A program made the translations under genes and the position numbers. A model generated the notes under the pieces. It was given only the letters and a program-made list of their open reading frames with translations. It had not been told where the DNA came from and ran no database searches. A stretch of 64,000 bases of DNA from Rhodothermales bacterium (GTDB lineage Bacteria; Bacteroidota; Rhodothermia; Rhodothermales; UBA10348), in NCBI GenBank assembly GCA_040221055.1, contig JAVJVN010000020.1, forward strand, positions 69,528 through 133,527, read 5' to 3'. Below, in pieces: positions 20,529 to 30,184 of the stretch; within the stretch, counting starts at the first letter, position 1; each line of letters opens with the position of its first letter.

Positions 20529-21758
20529 TTATTCGTAGCGGAGGGCTTCAATGGGCGTCGCGTTGGCAGCCGACCAGGCCGGTGCCAGGCCGAAGGTCGT
20601 ACCGATGGCCACGCAGATACCGAAGGCAATGGCCACAATCCCGACGCCCATCTGCGCGGGCAGCACGAGCGAAATCAGGAGTGCGAGGGGGATTGAAAGC
20701 AGGACGCCCACGACGCCACCGACCATGCAAATCACGATGGCCTCGATGAGGAACTGCATGAGGATGGTACGTCTCCGGGCCCCCACTGCCTTCCGGATGC
20801 CGATTTCCCGTGTCCGCTCTTTCACCGTCACGAACATGATGTTCATGACGCCGATACCGCCCACCAACAGGGCGAGCGCCGTCAATCCGATCCCGATGCC
20901 GAAGATGGCATTCTTGATGGGAGCGATGGCTGCCCGCAGCGATTCCTGTTCATTGATTTCGAAGTCGTCCTCCTCACCTGCCTGGAGACCCCGGGCCAAC
21001 CGGACGACGCCCCGCAATTCATCCCGGGCCTCGGCAACAGGCACGCCGGACACGATCTTGGCCCGGACCGATGCATCCCGCCAACGCGTGCCGAAATGCT
21101 TCTGGAACGAGGAGAAGGGCACGAAGGCCGACGTATCGTTCCCGCCTCCGCCCTGTCCTTCCTTCTTCAGGATGCCGATGATCCGGTAACGGTGCCCGCC
21201 TATCCGGATGGTTTTTCCGAGGGCATTTCCGACGGGAAACAACTCGCTGGCCACGACGGCACCCACCACCGCCACGCTGCGTGCGCTCAGGTCATCCACT
21301 TCCGAATAGAAGTATCCCTCCTGCAGATCAACGGTCTGGACCATCGGATAATTCGCCAATGTACCCCGAACCGTGATGTTGGGCAGGTTCTGGTGTTCCG
21401 ATACGGCCGCCCGGCCGGTCGTGACGACCGCGGTGGCGGCTTCCACGAGCGATGCACGCTCATTGATGGCCGTCGCAATATCCACGTCAATGCGGGGCCG
21501 GTTTATGTACTCCCACCATTTGAACCCCGGTCCGCCGACCCATGGCCAGCGCTCCACGTACATGACATCGGCACCCAGGCTGGCCATGTCATTCTCGAAT
21601 CCCTGCTCAATGCCGTTCACAATGGTGGCCATCCCCGTAACGGAAACGATTCCGATGATGATGCCAAGCGTGGTCAGTACGGCTCGCATCTTGTTGCTCA
21701 CGACGGCCCGGACGGCAATCAGGAACGACTCGGTCAACTCGAAGAAATATCGACGCAC
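20529..21758 (-). CDS. ABC transporter permease, MacB/FtsX family (paralog of 19288..20517)
   Basis: It has the same architecture and the same length (409 aa) and carries the REIGIRKAVGA motif. The start is a GTG. Confidence 0.85.
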   Translation of the reverse strand: MRRYFFELTESFLIAVRAVVSNKMRAVLTTLGIIIGIVSVTGMATIVNGIEQGFENDMASLGADVMYVERWPWVGGPGFKWWEYINRPRIDVDIATAINERASLVEAATAVVTTGRAAVSEHQNLPNITVRGTLANYPMVQTVDLQEGYFYSEVDDLSARSVAVVGAVVASELFPVGNALGKTIRIGGHRYRIIGILKKEGQGGGGNDTSAFVPFSSFQKHFGTRWRDASVRAKIVSGVPVAEARDELRGVVRLARGLQAGEEDDFEINEQESLRAAIAPIKNAIFGIGIGLTALALLVGGIGVMNIMFVTVKERTREIGIRKAVGARRRTILMQFLIEAIVICMVGGVVGVLLSIPLALLISLVLPAQMGVGIVAIAFGICVAIGTTFGLAPAWSAANATPIEALRYE

Positions 21759-21842
21759 GTGGGGCAGGGTTTTGGGGGCGTGGAATCTGATCCGGGTACG
21801 CGACGTTCACCCTGTAGTTGCAATACACACCCTCTCCCGGAC

Positions 21843-22001
21843 ATGAGCAAGGCACGCATTCTCGCGGAATTCTGGACGTTCCTGAAAATGAGGCGCAAGC
21901 TGTGGCTGGCCCCCATCGTATTCATCCTGCTTCTGTTGAGCTTGCTGATCGTGCTCACACAGGGCTCAGCCCTCGCCCCGTTCATTTACGCCCTCTTCTG
22001 A
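21843..22001 (+). CDS. DUF5989-family small membrane protein (52 aa)
   Basis: MSKARILAEFWTFLKMRRKLWLAPIVFILLLLSLLIVLTQGSALAPFIYALF matches my recollection of the conserved DUF5989 micro-protein pattern. It lies hidden at the 3' end of shadow ORF 21096..22001. Confidence 0.7.
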   Translation: MSKARILAEFWTFLKMRRKLWLAPIVFILLLLSLLIVLTQGSALAPFIYALF

Positions 22002-22454
22002 TGGATTGTCCAGTCGGACTTCGAAACGCAACCGGTACTCCCTGTAGGTCGTGTTGAAGTCGGACTTGACGAGCCGGAAGCCGTTACGAAGCGCCAGGAT
22101 GGTCATTCCCGGGTGCAGGTTGGGAAAGGTATCGAATGCAAACCGGGTGAACCCCATCTGCTGCACCCGGGCCATCATGTCCGCAAGCAGGGCCGATGCC
22201 ACGCCACGACGCCGCCACGCCGGCATGACGCCCCCCTTTGCACTGTAGAACGTGAACCGGTTTTCCCGGTAGCCGATCTTGAACCCGACCGGGTCCGGAC
22301 CCGACCAGGCAATCAGGATGACCACGTCAGGCCGCTCGAACGTATTGATGATCCGGTCTTCCTCGAAGATGAGCCGGTTCATCGGACGGATGATGGGAAG
22401 TGCATCGAGGCCCACCTGCTCAATCCGGATCCCGGCATGTCCGTACTCCGTCAT
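21966..22454 (-). CDS. GNAT-family N-acetyltransferase
   Basis: It has an acetyl-CoA binding-type motif (WRRRGVASALL) in a 162-aa protein. Its ATG overlaps the helicase stop as ATGA. Confidence 0.7.
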   Translation of the reverse strand: MTEYGHAGIRIEQVGLDALPIIRPMNRLIFEEDRIINTFERPDVVILIAWSGPDPVGFKIGYRENRFTFYSAKGGVMPAWRRRGVASALLADMMARVQQMGFTRFAFDTFPNLHPGMTILALRNGFRLVKSDFNTTYREYRLRFEVRLDNPSEEGVNERGEG

Positions 22455-24439
22455 GAATCCGCCTCCACCAGGGTACCGGGCTCCAGCAGTGCGGGGGGCA
22501 CGTCCTGCAGGAATCGGGTCGGACTCGTGAAATACTGGCCATCGAATCGACGGGCCTGGACCATGGGATAGCTCACATACAGTTCATCGGCCGCCCGGGT
22601 AATGGCCACGTACATCAGGCGGAGTTCCTCATCCACGGCCTGGGTGTCGCCAACGGCCCGGGCGGAGGGCAATACGCCGTCCAGCGCCTGGATGATGAAC
22701 ACGACCTTGAACTCGAGTCCCTTCGCGGAGTGGATGGTCGACAGGGTCAAGGGCAATTCATCATTGCCTTCCTCCTCCACATCCATGGCCGTCAATTCCA
22801 CAGGGTCAAGCGCCATGCTTTCCAACATCCGCGTGCGGTCCGTGAAGGAGGCGGCCAGTGCCGCCAGCGCATCCAGGTCCTGCTGCCGTTTGGGATGATC
22901 CTCGTAATAGACGCGCTTCAGGATGGGCTCGTAATAGGCCAACACCCGCTCCAGTTCATCGGCCGGCGTCGCCCCGGGAGCATTCCGTCCGCTCCGCAGC
23001 AGGTTGAACAACGCGGTCAACTGGTCCGCGTATCGGTCCGACAGGAAAGCATGGTCCAGAGAGAGCGCATCGGAGGGCTCGGCCATGATGGCGTTCATCA
23101 ATCGATGGGCGGTCTTCGGCCCGATCCCCTCCAGCAGCTGCAGGATCCGGTTCCAGGACACGGCATCCTGCGGATTCTCCATCACCCGCACGTGGGCCAG
23201 GACATCTTTTACGTGGGCTGCATCGGACAATTTCAGGCCACCATATTTCACGAACGGAATGCCCATCCGATTGAGTTCCACTTCCAGATTGTACGAATTG
23301 AATCCGTTCCGGAACAGGACCGCCATCTGGTTCAGCTCCACACCCTCCTCCCGAAGTGCCAGGATCTGCTGGGCGACGAACCGGCTTTCGAAGCGCTCGT
23401 CCTGGGCAGCCACGAATACCGGGGTCACCCCGCCGTCCCGCTCCGTGAACAGCTGCTTGTCATGTTTCCGGTGGGCACGCGCCAGGACGTGGTTGGCCAG
23501 ATCCAGGATGGGCTGTGTGGAACGGTAATTCTGCTCCAGCTTGAGGAGCCAGGCACCCGGGAATTGCTCGTCGAATGTCAGGATGTTGCGCAGATCCGCG
23601 CCCCGGAAACCATAGATGCTCTGTGCATCGTCGCCGACGGCCATCACATTGCCGTGCACGGATGAAAATGCGGCGACGAGGGCAGCCTGGGCCGGATTCG
23701 TATCTTGGTATTCATCCACCAGCACGTGACGGCACCGACCGGCCACCGTCCGGCGGATTTCGTCGTGGTCCCGAAGCAGCACCAGCGTCTGGATGAGCAG
23801 GTCGTCATAGTCCATGAGCCCGTGCTGCTGCTTGTAGACCCCATAGGCTTTGGCAAGTGCGGCGATTTCGTCCTCGAAGGAGACGAACTGCGGCCAGGTG
23901 GACTGGAGGATATCGGAAAGGGATGCGCCGCGACTCCGGACGGCGCTGATGATGGCCTGGAGCGTTCGTTTCTTCGGGAAGCGTTTGCGGGACAGCGATT
24001 TGGGAAGCGCTCCCCGCAGGACATCAATCACGTCCGCGGCATCCGATGCGTCGAGTATGGTGAAGTTCTTCGGCCATCCGATGACGGGCGCGTACTGGCG
24101 CAGGATCGATACCCCGAATGCATGGAAGGTGCCGCCCCGGACCTGGTTGCACCGGCCGTCCAGCAGCAACGACGCCCGGGCCAGCATTTCCCGGGACGCG
24201 CGGCGCGTGAACGTCAGGAGTACAATCTGCTCGGGTGGTGTCCCGTGTTCGACCAGCCAGGCCAGCCGATAGACCAGGGTGCGGGTCTTTCCGGTACCCG
24301 CACCAGCCACCACCAACGTTGCTCCCCCGGGTGCACGGACCACATCCAGTTGTTGGGCGTTCAGTTCATCGGCATAGGGAATGACCGTCTGCACCACATC
24401 GGCGTCAGGATCACGCTTGATGACGAAGTGGCGGGCCAT
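22451..24439 (-). CDS. ATP-dependent DNA helicase, UvrD/PcrA/Rep family
   Basis: It has Walker A AGAGTGKT, VDEYQDTN, the YRS motif and TIHSAKGLEF. I used the ATG at 24439; the ORF-track start at 24490 is a TTG. Confidence 0.9.
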   Translation of the reverse strand: MARHFVIKRDPDADVVQTVIPYADELNAQQLDVVRAPGGATLVVAGAGTGKTRTLVYRLAWLVEHGTPPEQIVLLTFTRRASREMLARASLLLDGRCNQVRGGTFHAFGVSILRQYAPVIGWPKNFTILDASDAADVIDVLRGALPKSLSRKRFPKKRTLQAIISAVRSRGASLSDILQSTWPQFVSFEDEIAALAKAYGVYKQQHGLMDYDDLLIQTLVLLRDHDEIRRTVAGRCRHVLVDEYQDTNPAQAALVAAFSSVHGNVMAVGDDAQSIYGFRGADLRNILTFDEQFPGAWLLKLEQNYRSTQPILDLANHVLARAHRKHDKQLFTERDGGVTPVFVAAQDERFESRFVAQQILALREEGVELNQMAVLFRNGFNSYNLEVELNRMGIPFVKYGGLKLSDAAHVKDVLAHVRVMENPQDAVSWNRILQLLEGIGPKTAHRLMNAIMAEPSDALSLDHAFLSDRYADQLTALFNLLRSGRNAPGATPADELERVLAYYEPILKRVYYEDHPKRQQDLDALAALAASFTDRTRMLESMALDPVELTAMDVEEEGNDELPLTLSTIHSAKGLEFKVVFIIQALDGVLPSARAVGDTQAVDEELRLMYVAITRAADELYVSYPMVQARRFDGQYFTSPTRFLQDVPPALLEPGTLVEADS

Positions 24440-24546
24440 GCATGCAGGCGGTTGACTGGGCGATGTGCGTGTGAACGTGGACGCCGACAATTGGTTTGGC
24501 AGGGCCGGAATTCATAGATTGAGCGCCTGTTACCAGGCAGGTTTGT

Positions 24547-25332
24547 ATGGGAAAAATCATCGCGGTTGCGAACCAGAAAGGCGGAGTCGGCAAGACCACG
24601 ACGTCCGTCAATGTGGCCGCGTCCATCGCCGCCATGGAACACCGTACCCTGCTCATGGACTTCGATCCGCAGGCGAACGGAACGTCCGGTTCGGGTATTG
24701 ATGTCCGGTCGGTCGGCAAGTCCACCTACGAGGTGCTCATCGGGGAGGCGACGGCCGAAGAGGTCATCGTACCTACCGAGATGGAATTCCTGGATGTCAT
24801 GCCGAGCCATATCAACCTGGTGGGTGCGGAAATCGAAATGGTCGACGTGGTCGACCGGGAGCGCATCCTGCGCAAGGCCTTGCAGCCCATCCGTGACCGC
24901 TACGATTTCATCATCATCGATTGCCCGCCGTCGCTCGGTCTGCTTACCCTGAACTCCCTGACGGCGGCCGATTCCGTCATCATCCCGGTCCAGGCGGAAT
25001 ACTTCGCCCTGGAAGGCCTTGGACAGTTGCTGAACACCATCAAACTCGTGCGTCAGCACCTGAATCCGGACCTTGAAATCGAAGGGGTGGTCCTGACCAT
25101 GTTCGATACCCGACTCCGTCTGGCCAACCAGGTGGCGTCCGAAGTCCGGAAGTATTTCGGGGACAAGGTCTTCTCGACCATTGTCCAACGCAACGTCCGG
25201 TTGTCGGAAGCCCCCAGCTACGGGCAGCCCGTCATCCTGTACGATGCCGCCAGTACGGGCTCCCGGAACTACATCGGTCTGGCCCGGGAAATCCTGACCA
25301 ACAACAAAGCCTATCTCCAACCTGCCGACTGA
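24547..25332 (+). CDS. parA: chromosome partitioning ATPase ParA/Soj
   Basis: It has the deviant Walker A motif [10 protein letters not shown] and [10 protein letters not shown]. Confidence 0.95.
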   Translation: MGKIIAVANQKGGVGKTTTSVNVAASIAAMEHRTLLMDFDPQANGTSGSGIDVRSVGKSTYEVLIGEATAEEVIVPTEMEFLDVMPSHINLVGAEIEMVDVVDRERILRKALQPIRDRYDFIIIDCPPSLGLLTLNSLTAADSVIIPVQAEYFALEGLGQLLNTIKLVRQHLNPDLEIEGVVLTMFDTRLRLANQVASEVRKYFGDKVFSTIVQRNVRLSEAPSYGQPVILYDAASTGSRNYIGLAREILTNNKAYLQPAD

Positions 25333-25339
25333 GGCTGCC

Positions 25340-26281
25340 ATGGCAAAACGAAAGTCTGCGCTCGGAAAAGGCCTGGGGGCCTTGCTGCCCGACAATGAGG
25401 CCCGCACGTCGGCGGCCGAGGATCCGGCCTCCCCACGCTTGTACAATTTCGAAGACCGGATCCGTACGGCAGGCTCGGTTTCGGACATCGCCGTCGACCG
25501 GATTGAACCCAATCCGTACCAACCGCGCGAGCACTTCGACGGGACGGCCCTGGCCGAACTGGCCCAGTCCATCCGGTCGTTGGGCATCATCCAGCCCCTG
25601 ACCGTCCGGGCCGTTGGTCCGAACCGGTTCGAATTGATTTCGGGTGAGCGGCGATTGCGGGCCGCCCGTCAGGCAGGCCTCGAACGCGTACCGGCCTACA
25701 TCCGGGAGGCCGACACGGAGGCCATGCTGGAAATGGCCATCGTGGAAAACGTCCAGCGGGAGCAGCTGAACCCCATCGAAATCTCCCTCGGCTATCGTCG
25801 CTTGATGGATGAGTGCGGGCTGACCCAGGAACACGTGGCCGACAAGGTGGGAAAAAGTCGCTCCGCCGTCGCCAATTTCCTGCGCCTGCTTCGCTTGCCA
25901 CCCGTCATCCAGGCGGGTCTCCGGGATGGTCAGTTGTCCACGGGTCATGCCCGGGCGTTGCTCGCACTTGAATCGGAAGCCGACCAGAAGACGGCTCTCG
26001 AGACCATCGTCGCCAAGGGCCTCTCGGTCCGCGACACGGAGCAGTGGGTCAAAAAAATGCTGTCGGCCGGGCAACCCCCGACACAACAACCGGCAGGTGC
26101 GTCACCTGCCGCCACGCACGAGGCCGATCTGGAATTGCGCCGCATGACCGACGATCTGCGTTCGCGACTGGGGACGAAAGTCCGGATCAAACCTGTGGGC
26201 AAAGGCACGTCCGGGCGGATTGAGGTGGAGTTCTATTCCGCCGAGGATCTGGAGCGCATTGTGGACCTGCTCACATCCTGA
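25340..26281 (+). CDS. parB: chromosome partitioning protein ParB/Spo0J
   Basis: It contains IEPNPYQPR and GERRLRAA (ParB box II) and an HTH region. Confidence 0.95.
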   Translation: MAKRKSALGKGLGALLPDNEARTSAAEDPASPRLYNFEDRIRTAGSVSDIAVDRIEPNPYQPREHFDGTALAELAQSIRSLGIIQPLTVRAVGPNRFELISGERRLRAARQAGLERVPAYIREADTEAMLEMAIVENVQREQLNPIEISLGYRRLMDECGLTQEHVADKVGKSRSAVANFLRLLRLPPVIQAGLRDGQLSTGHARALLALESEADQKTALETIVAKGLSVRDTEQWVKKMLSAGQPPTQQPAGASPAATHEADLELRRMTDDLRSRLGTKVRIKPVGKGTSGRIEVEFYSAEDLERIVDLLTS

Positions 26282-26907
26282 TGCGTGCCCTCTGTGTGCT
26301 GCTCATGGGTCTGTGCGCACTTCCGGACCTGGCGACGGCCCAGGCGACGCTGTCCGGCAATCGGCCTGACGACGTACAGCGCCTGGTCATTGGTCGCGCC
26401 CTGCCTCCCGCCGTGAATCGGACGCCACAGGATGCGCTTCGACGTGCCCTCCTGGTGCCGGGCTGGGGACAGATCTACAATCGGCAGTACATCAAGCTCC
26501 CGTTCGTCTATGGCGCACTCGGCGGGTTGGCCACGCTCGCCGTGTTGAGTCACCAGGACTATACCCTGTACCGCGACGCCTACCAGTACAAGGCGTGGCA
26601 GGAACTCGTGGACGCCGGAGCGCAGGCGGTGAACCCCAAGGCAGAGTTCCAGTCTGCATACGACGAGATCGCTGCCGAATTCGGAACCGTCTCGTCCCGA
26701 CCCATCCAAACGCAGCGAAATAATTTCCGACGTTCGCGTGACCTTTCGCTGATTGGCATCGGCTTAGTGTATGGTCTGGCTGTGCTGGACGCTTATGTAA
26801 GTGCGCACTTGATTGATTTCGATGACGGAACAGACCTGTCGCTGCATGTGGCACCGGTCCCTTCCGGCATTCGAACGACCGTATTGATCCCGCTGGGATC
26901 CCGGTAA
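26281..26907 (+). CDS. DUF5683 domain-containing protein
   Basis: It has a signal peptide and LVPGWGQIYNRQYIKLPFVYG, the pattern I recall for DUF5683, which commonly follows parB in Bacteroidota. Confidence 0.7.
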   Translation: MRALCVLLMGLCALPDLATAQATLSGNRPDDVQRLVIGRALPPAVNRTPQDALRRALLVPGWGQIYNRQYIKLPFVYGALGGLATLAVLSHQDYTLYRDAYQYKAWQELVDAGAQAVNPKAEFQSAYDEIAAEFGTVSSRPIQTQRNNFRRSRDLSLIGIGLVYGLAVLDAYVSAHLIDFDDGTDLSLHVAPVPSGIRTTVLIPLGSR

Positions 26908-26990
26908 TCCTGTAACCTCTTGCTTTGGCGGACGTCTCAGAGACCGCCCAACCACCAACGTGGCCCGTGTGTGCCGCGAGAGTCTTCATC

Positions 26991-28289
26991 ATGCGAGAAG
27001 GTACCAGATTGAATGATCCCGTTACCGACGTGGTCGATGTGACGGCCACGGCACGAACCTCGGAGCCCAGCCTGTTCAAGAAATGCCATGCATTTTTTGA
27101 TTCCGAAAACCTGTATGCGCAGGTGAAGGCGGCTGACCTCTACCCGTATTTCCGGGCCATTGAACGGAACGACGGAACGCGCGCGATCATGAATGGCCGG
27201 GAAGTCATCATGGCGGGATCCAACAACTATCTGGGGCTCCTCTCCGACGAGCGTGTCCGCGAAGCCGCCGTGGAAGCCATCCACAAATACGGCACCGGGT
27301 GCACAGGCAGCCGGTTCCTGAACGGCACCCTCGACCTGCACATCCAGTTGGAAGAACGGCTGGCGCGTTTCATGAACCGTGAAGCCTGCGTCCTGTTTTC
27401 CACGGGTTACATGACCAACGAGGGCGTCATCCAGTCGCTGGCCGGCAAAGGAGACGTCATCTTCTCGGACAAGGACAACCACGCATGCATCGTGGCGGGG
27501 ACGAAGGTGGCCATGGCCGATACCCTCCGCTTCCGTCACAACGACATGAAGCATCTCCGGGCGCTCCTGGAGAAGACGCAACTTGAACGCCCTGGAGCAG
27601 GCAAACTGATCGTCACGGATGGGGTGTTCTCCATGTCGGGAATCGTAGCCAAGCTTCCCGAACTTGTGGAGCTGGCCGAGGAATTCGACGCGGTCCTGAT
27701 GGCCGACGATGCCCATGCCGTGGGTGTCATCGGACCAGGCGGACGTGGAACGGCGGCCCAGTTCGGGCTCGAGGATCGGGTCCACCTCACCACCGGCACA
27801 TTCTCGAAGAGCTTTGCATCCCTCGGTGGATTCTGTGTGGGCGACGCCGACGTCGTGGAGTACATCCGTCACACGAGTTCGACACACATCTTCTCGGCGT
27901 CCATGCCTCCCTCGAATGTGGCCACGGTACTGAAGTGCCTGGAGATCCTGGAAACGGAGCCCTGGCGCCTGGACCGCCTGTGGGAAATCTCCGATTACAT
28001 GCGGGCCGGTTTCGAGGATGCCGGGTTCAATGTCTGGAACAGCCAGACGCCCATCATTCCGGTCGTGGCCGGCAACATGCGCACCTGTTTCGAAATGTGG
28101 CGCGACCTCCTGGACACCGGTGTCTTCGTGAACGCCGTCGTCCCTCCGGCCGTACCGCAGGGACAATCCGTGTTGCGCACGTCCTACATGGCTACCCACA
28201 CCAATGAGGACCTCGACTTCATCCTGGATGCCTTCAAACGGGTGGGCCACAAGCACGGCGTCATAGGAACCAACGGTTCGGCAGCCTGA
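26991..28289 (+). CDS. alpha-oxoamine synthase, serine palmitoyltransferase-like (PLP-dependent)
   Basis: It contains GTGCTGSRFLNGT...VLFSTGYMTNEG...DDAHAVG...GTFSKSFASLGG (PLP lysine). The SRxLNGT/FSTGYMxN pattern resembles Spt and cysteate acyltransferases more than BioF or Kbl. I chose the ATG at 26991 over the TTG at 26925. Confidence 0.8.
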   Translation: MREGTRLNDPVTDVVDVTATARTSEPSLFKKCHAFFDSENLYAQVKAADLYPYFRAIERNDGTRAIMNGREVIMAGSNNYLGLLSDERVREAAVEAIHKYGTGCTGSRFLNGTLDLHIQLEERLARFMNREACVLFSTGYMTNEGVIQSLAGKGDVIFSDKDNHACIVAGTKVAMADTLRFRHNDMKHLRALLEKTQLERPGAGKLIVTDGVFSMSGIVAKLPELVELAEEFDAVLMADDAHAVGVIGPGGRGTAAQFGLEDRVHLTTGTFSKSFASLGGFCVGDADVVEYIRHTSSTHIFSASMPPSNVATVLKCLEILETEPWRLDRLWEISDYMRAGFEDAGFNVWNSQTPIIPVVAGNMRTCFEMWRDLLDTGVFVNAVVPPAVPQGQSVLRTSYMATHTNEDLDFILDAFKRVGHKHGVIGTNGSAA

Positions 28290-29422
28290 TGACCGGATTT
28301 ACGGTTTCTCCGGTCACGTCCCGACGGGACCGGAAGGCGTTCATCCAATTCCCGTTCGACCTGTACCGGGAGAGCAACGTGTGGGTACCGCCGCTCCGCA
28401 TGGACGTTGCGCGACTCATCAACCCCCGGAAGAACGCCTTTTTCGGCCACGGGGACATGCAACTCTTTCTTGCCAGGGATGCCTCCGGCCGTGTAGCCGG
28501 GCGGATTGCGGCCATCCGGAATGGCATGCATCTGCAAAAATATGACGATGCCGTCGGGTTTTTCGGTTTTTTCGAGACCGTGGACGATGACGACGTGGCC
28601 GGGGCCTTGCTTGAGGCCGCAGCCGGGTGGTTGCGCAGCCAGGGACTGTCCGTCATGCGCGGGCCGGCCAATCCCACCTTGAACGACACCGCCGGTCTGC
28701 TTGTGGGTGGGTTCGACCGCCAGCCATCCATTCTCATGCCGTACAATTTCCCGTACTATGAGGCCATGCTGGCGCGTTTCGGGTTCTCCCGGTCCATGAC
28801 CATGTGGGCCTATTACAGCCACATCAAATACCTGGACGATGCCAAGTTGAACCGGGGCCGGGATCTCATCATGCGTCGCTATCCCGGCCTGAGCGCGCGT
28901 CGGCTGGACATGTCCCGTTTCGAGGAAGAAGCAGCCACCATCCTGGACATCTACAACGATGCCTGGTCCAGGAACTGGGGGCATGTCCCCATGACCGATC
29001 CCGAGTTCACGCAATTGGCCTCGGAATTGAAGCAGATCGTGGACCCGCGCCTGGTGGTCATGGTGGAAGACGAGGGTGAACCCGTCGCATTCGCCATTTC
29101 ATTGCCGGACCTGAACTATGCATTGAAGACGCTGAAGACAGGACGGTTGCTGCCGTTCGGCCTGTTCAAGTTGTTGATGCTCGCCAAGAGTGGTGTCATC
29201 CGGGAAATCCGGATGCCGCTCATGGGTGTCCGGCTTTCCCATCAGGGGCGCGGCCTGGATGCCATGCTGATTGCGGAAACCATCAACACGGGTCGGGAAA
29301 TCGGCGTACAGGGATGCGAAATGAGTTGGGTGCTGGACACGAACATGAAACTCAGAAATGCCCTGGAGGCCATGAACGGAGTGAAAGACAAGGAGTATGC
29401 CTTGTTTGATGCACCCATCTGA
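28289..29422 (+). CDS. conserved protein with a putative acyl-CoA N-acyltransferase (GNAT-like) fold; function unknown
   Basis: Its ATG shares one nucleotide with the upstream stop (TGATG). The 377-aa protein has a C-terminal segment, VRLSHQGRGLDAMLIAE, that resembles a GNAT motif A. The fold assignment is tentative. Confidence 0.5.
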   Translation: MTGFTVSPVTSRRDRKAFIQFPFDLYRESNVWVPPLRMDVARLINPRKNAFFGHGDMQLFLARDASGRVAGRIAAIRNGMHLQKYDDAVGFFGFFETVDDDDVAGALLEAAAGWLRSQGLSVMRGPANPTLNDTAGLLVGGFDRQPSILMPYNFPYYEAMLARFGFSRSMTMWAYYSHIKYLDDAKLNRGRDLIMRRYPGLSARRLDMSRFEEEAATILDIYNDAWSRNWGHVPMTDPEFTQLASELKQIVDPRLVVMVEDEGEPVAFAISLPDLNYALKTLKTGRLLPFGLFKLLMLAKSGVIREIRMPLMGVRLSHQGRGLDAMLIAETINTGREIGVQGCEMSWVLDTNMKLRNALEAMNGVKDKEYALFDAPI

Positions 29423-29426
29423 GCCC

Positions 29427-30125
29427 ATGTCCCGACCTGCATTCGTTTATTTCGACATCGACGACACCCTACTGGATCACACCCGTGCCGAGCGGCACGC
29501 GCTCAACGACGTCATTGCCGACCGGTCCGATGCATTTGACGGACTGACGCACGACGAGATCGTTTCGGCGTACCGGGAGGTGAATGCACGGGTCTGGAGC
29601 GAATATGCAGCGGGGTCCCGAAGCAAGGACCAGACGAAGTATGGCCGGTTCGAGCTCCTTCTGGACCGGCTGGGACGTGGCGGAAATGGCCTGCACGTGG
29701 AGCTCGCCGACCTGTACCTGGAACGGTACAGCGACCATTGGAGCTTTGTGGACGGGGCTGAACAGGCCTGGCAGGCGGTATCATCGACGTATCCCTGCGG
29801 TTTGTTGACGAACGGATTCTCGGAGATCCAGCGGGCGAAGCTGTCCCGCTTCCCTGTGCTGGACCGGAACGCCCGGCACATCATCATCAGCGATGAGATC
29901 GGCTGGTTGAAACCGCACCGGGCCCTGTTCGATCACGCAGCCGGAATGGCCGGCGTGCCTCCCGAAGATATCCTCTATGTTGGTGATTCGGCCCGGTCGG
30001 ACGTCGAAGGCGGACTGGGCGCCGATTGGTCCGTGGCGTGGTACCGGGGGGACGATCATGCGTCCGAACGCGTATTCTCCTTCCAGGACTACCGTGAACT
30101 GATGGACCGACTGGAAGCCTCTTGA
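29427..30125 (+). CDS. HAD-family hydrolase
   Basis: It has HAD motif I (FDIDDTLLDH), motif II (LLTNG) and motif IV (VGDSARSDVEG). Confidence 0.8.
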   Translation: MSRPAFVYFDIDDTLLDHTRAERHALNDVIADRSDAFDGLTHDEIVSAYREVNARVWSEYAAGSRSKDQTKYGRFELLLDRLGRGGNGLHVELADLYLERYSDHWSFVDGAEQAWQAVSSTYPCGLLTNGFSEIQRAKLSRFPVLDRNARHIIISDEIGWLKPHRALFDHAAGMAGVPPEDILYVGDSARSDVEGGLGADWSVAWYRGDDHASERVFSFQDYRELMDRLEAS

Positions 30126-30151
30126 GCACGGTGCACGCGCGTGACCCAAAC

Positions 30152-30184
30152 AAAAAAAGCCACCTGTCTCCAGGTGGCTTTTTT
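30152..30184. terminator. bidirectional rho-independent terminator
   Basis: The sequence is AAAAAAA-GCCACCTG-TCTC-CAGGTGGC-TTTTTT, an 8-bp GC-rich stem flanked by an A7 tract and a T6 tract. It can terminate the HAD operon on the plus strand and the candidate RNA on the minus strand. Confidence 0.85.

Noticed and set aside
24440-26300. A parS centromere site (TGTTNCACGTGAAACA-like) in or around parAB.
   Set aside because: I checked the CACGTG occurrences I could spot by eye in and outside this region, and none sits in a parS-like 16-mer. The site may lie outside the window. A proper pattern search is needed.
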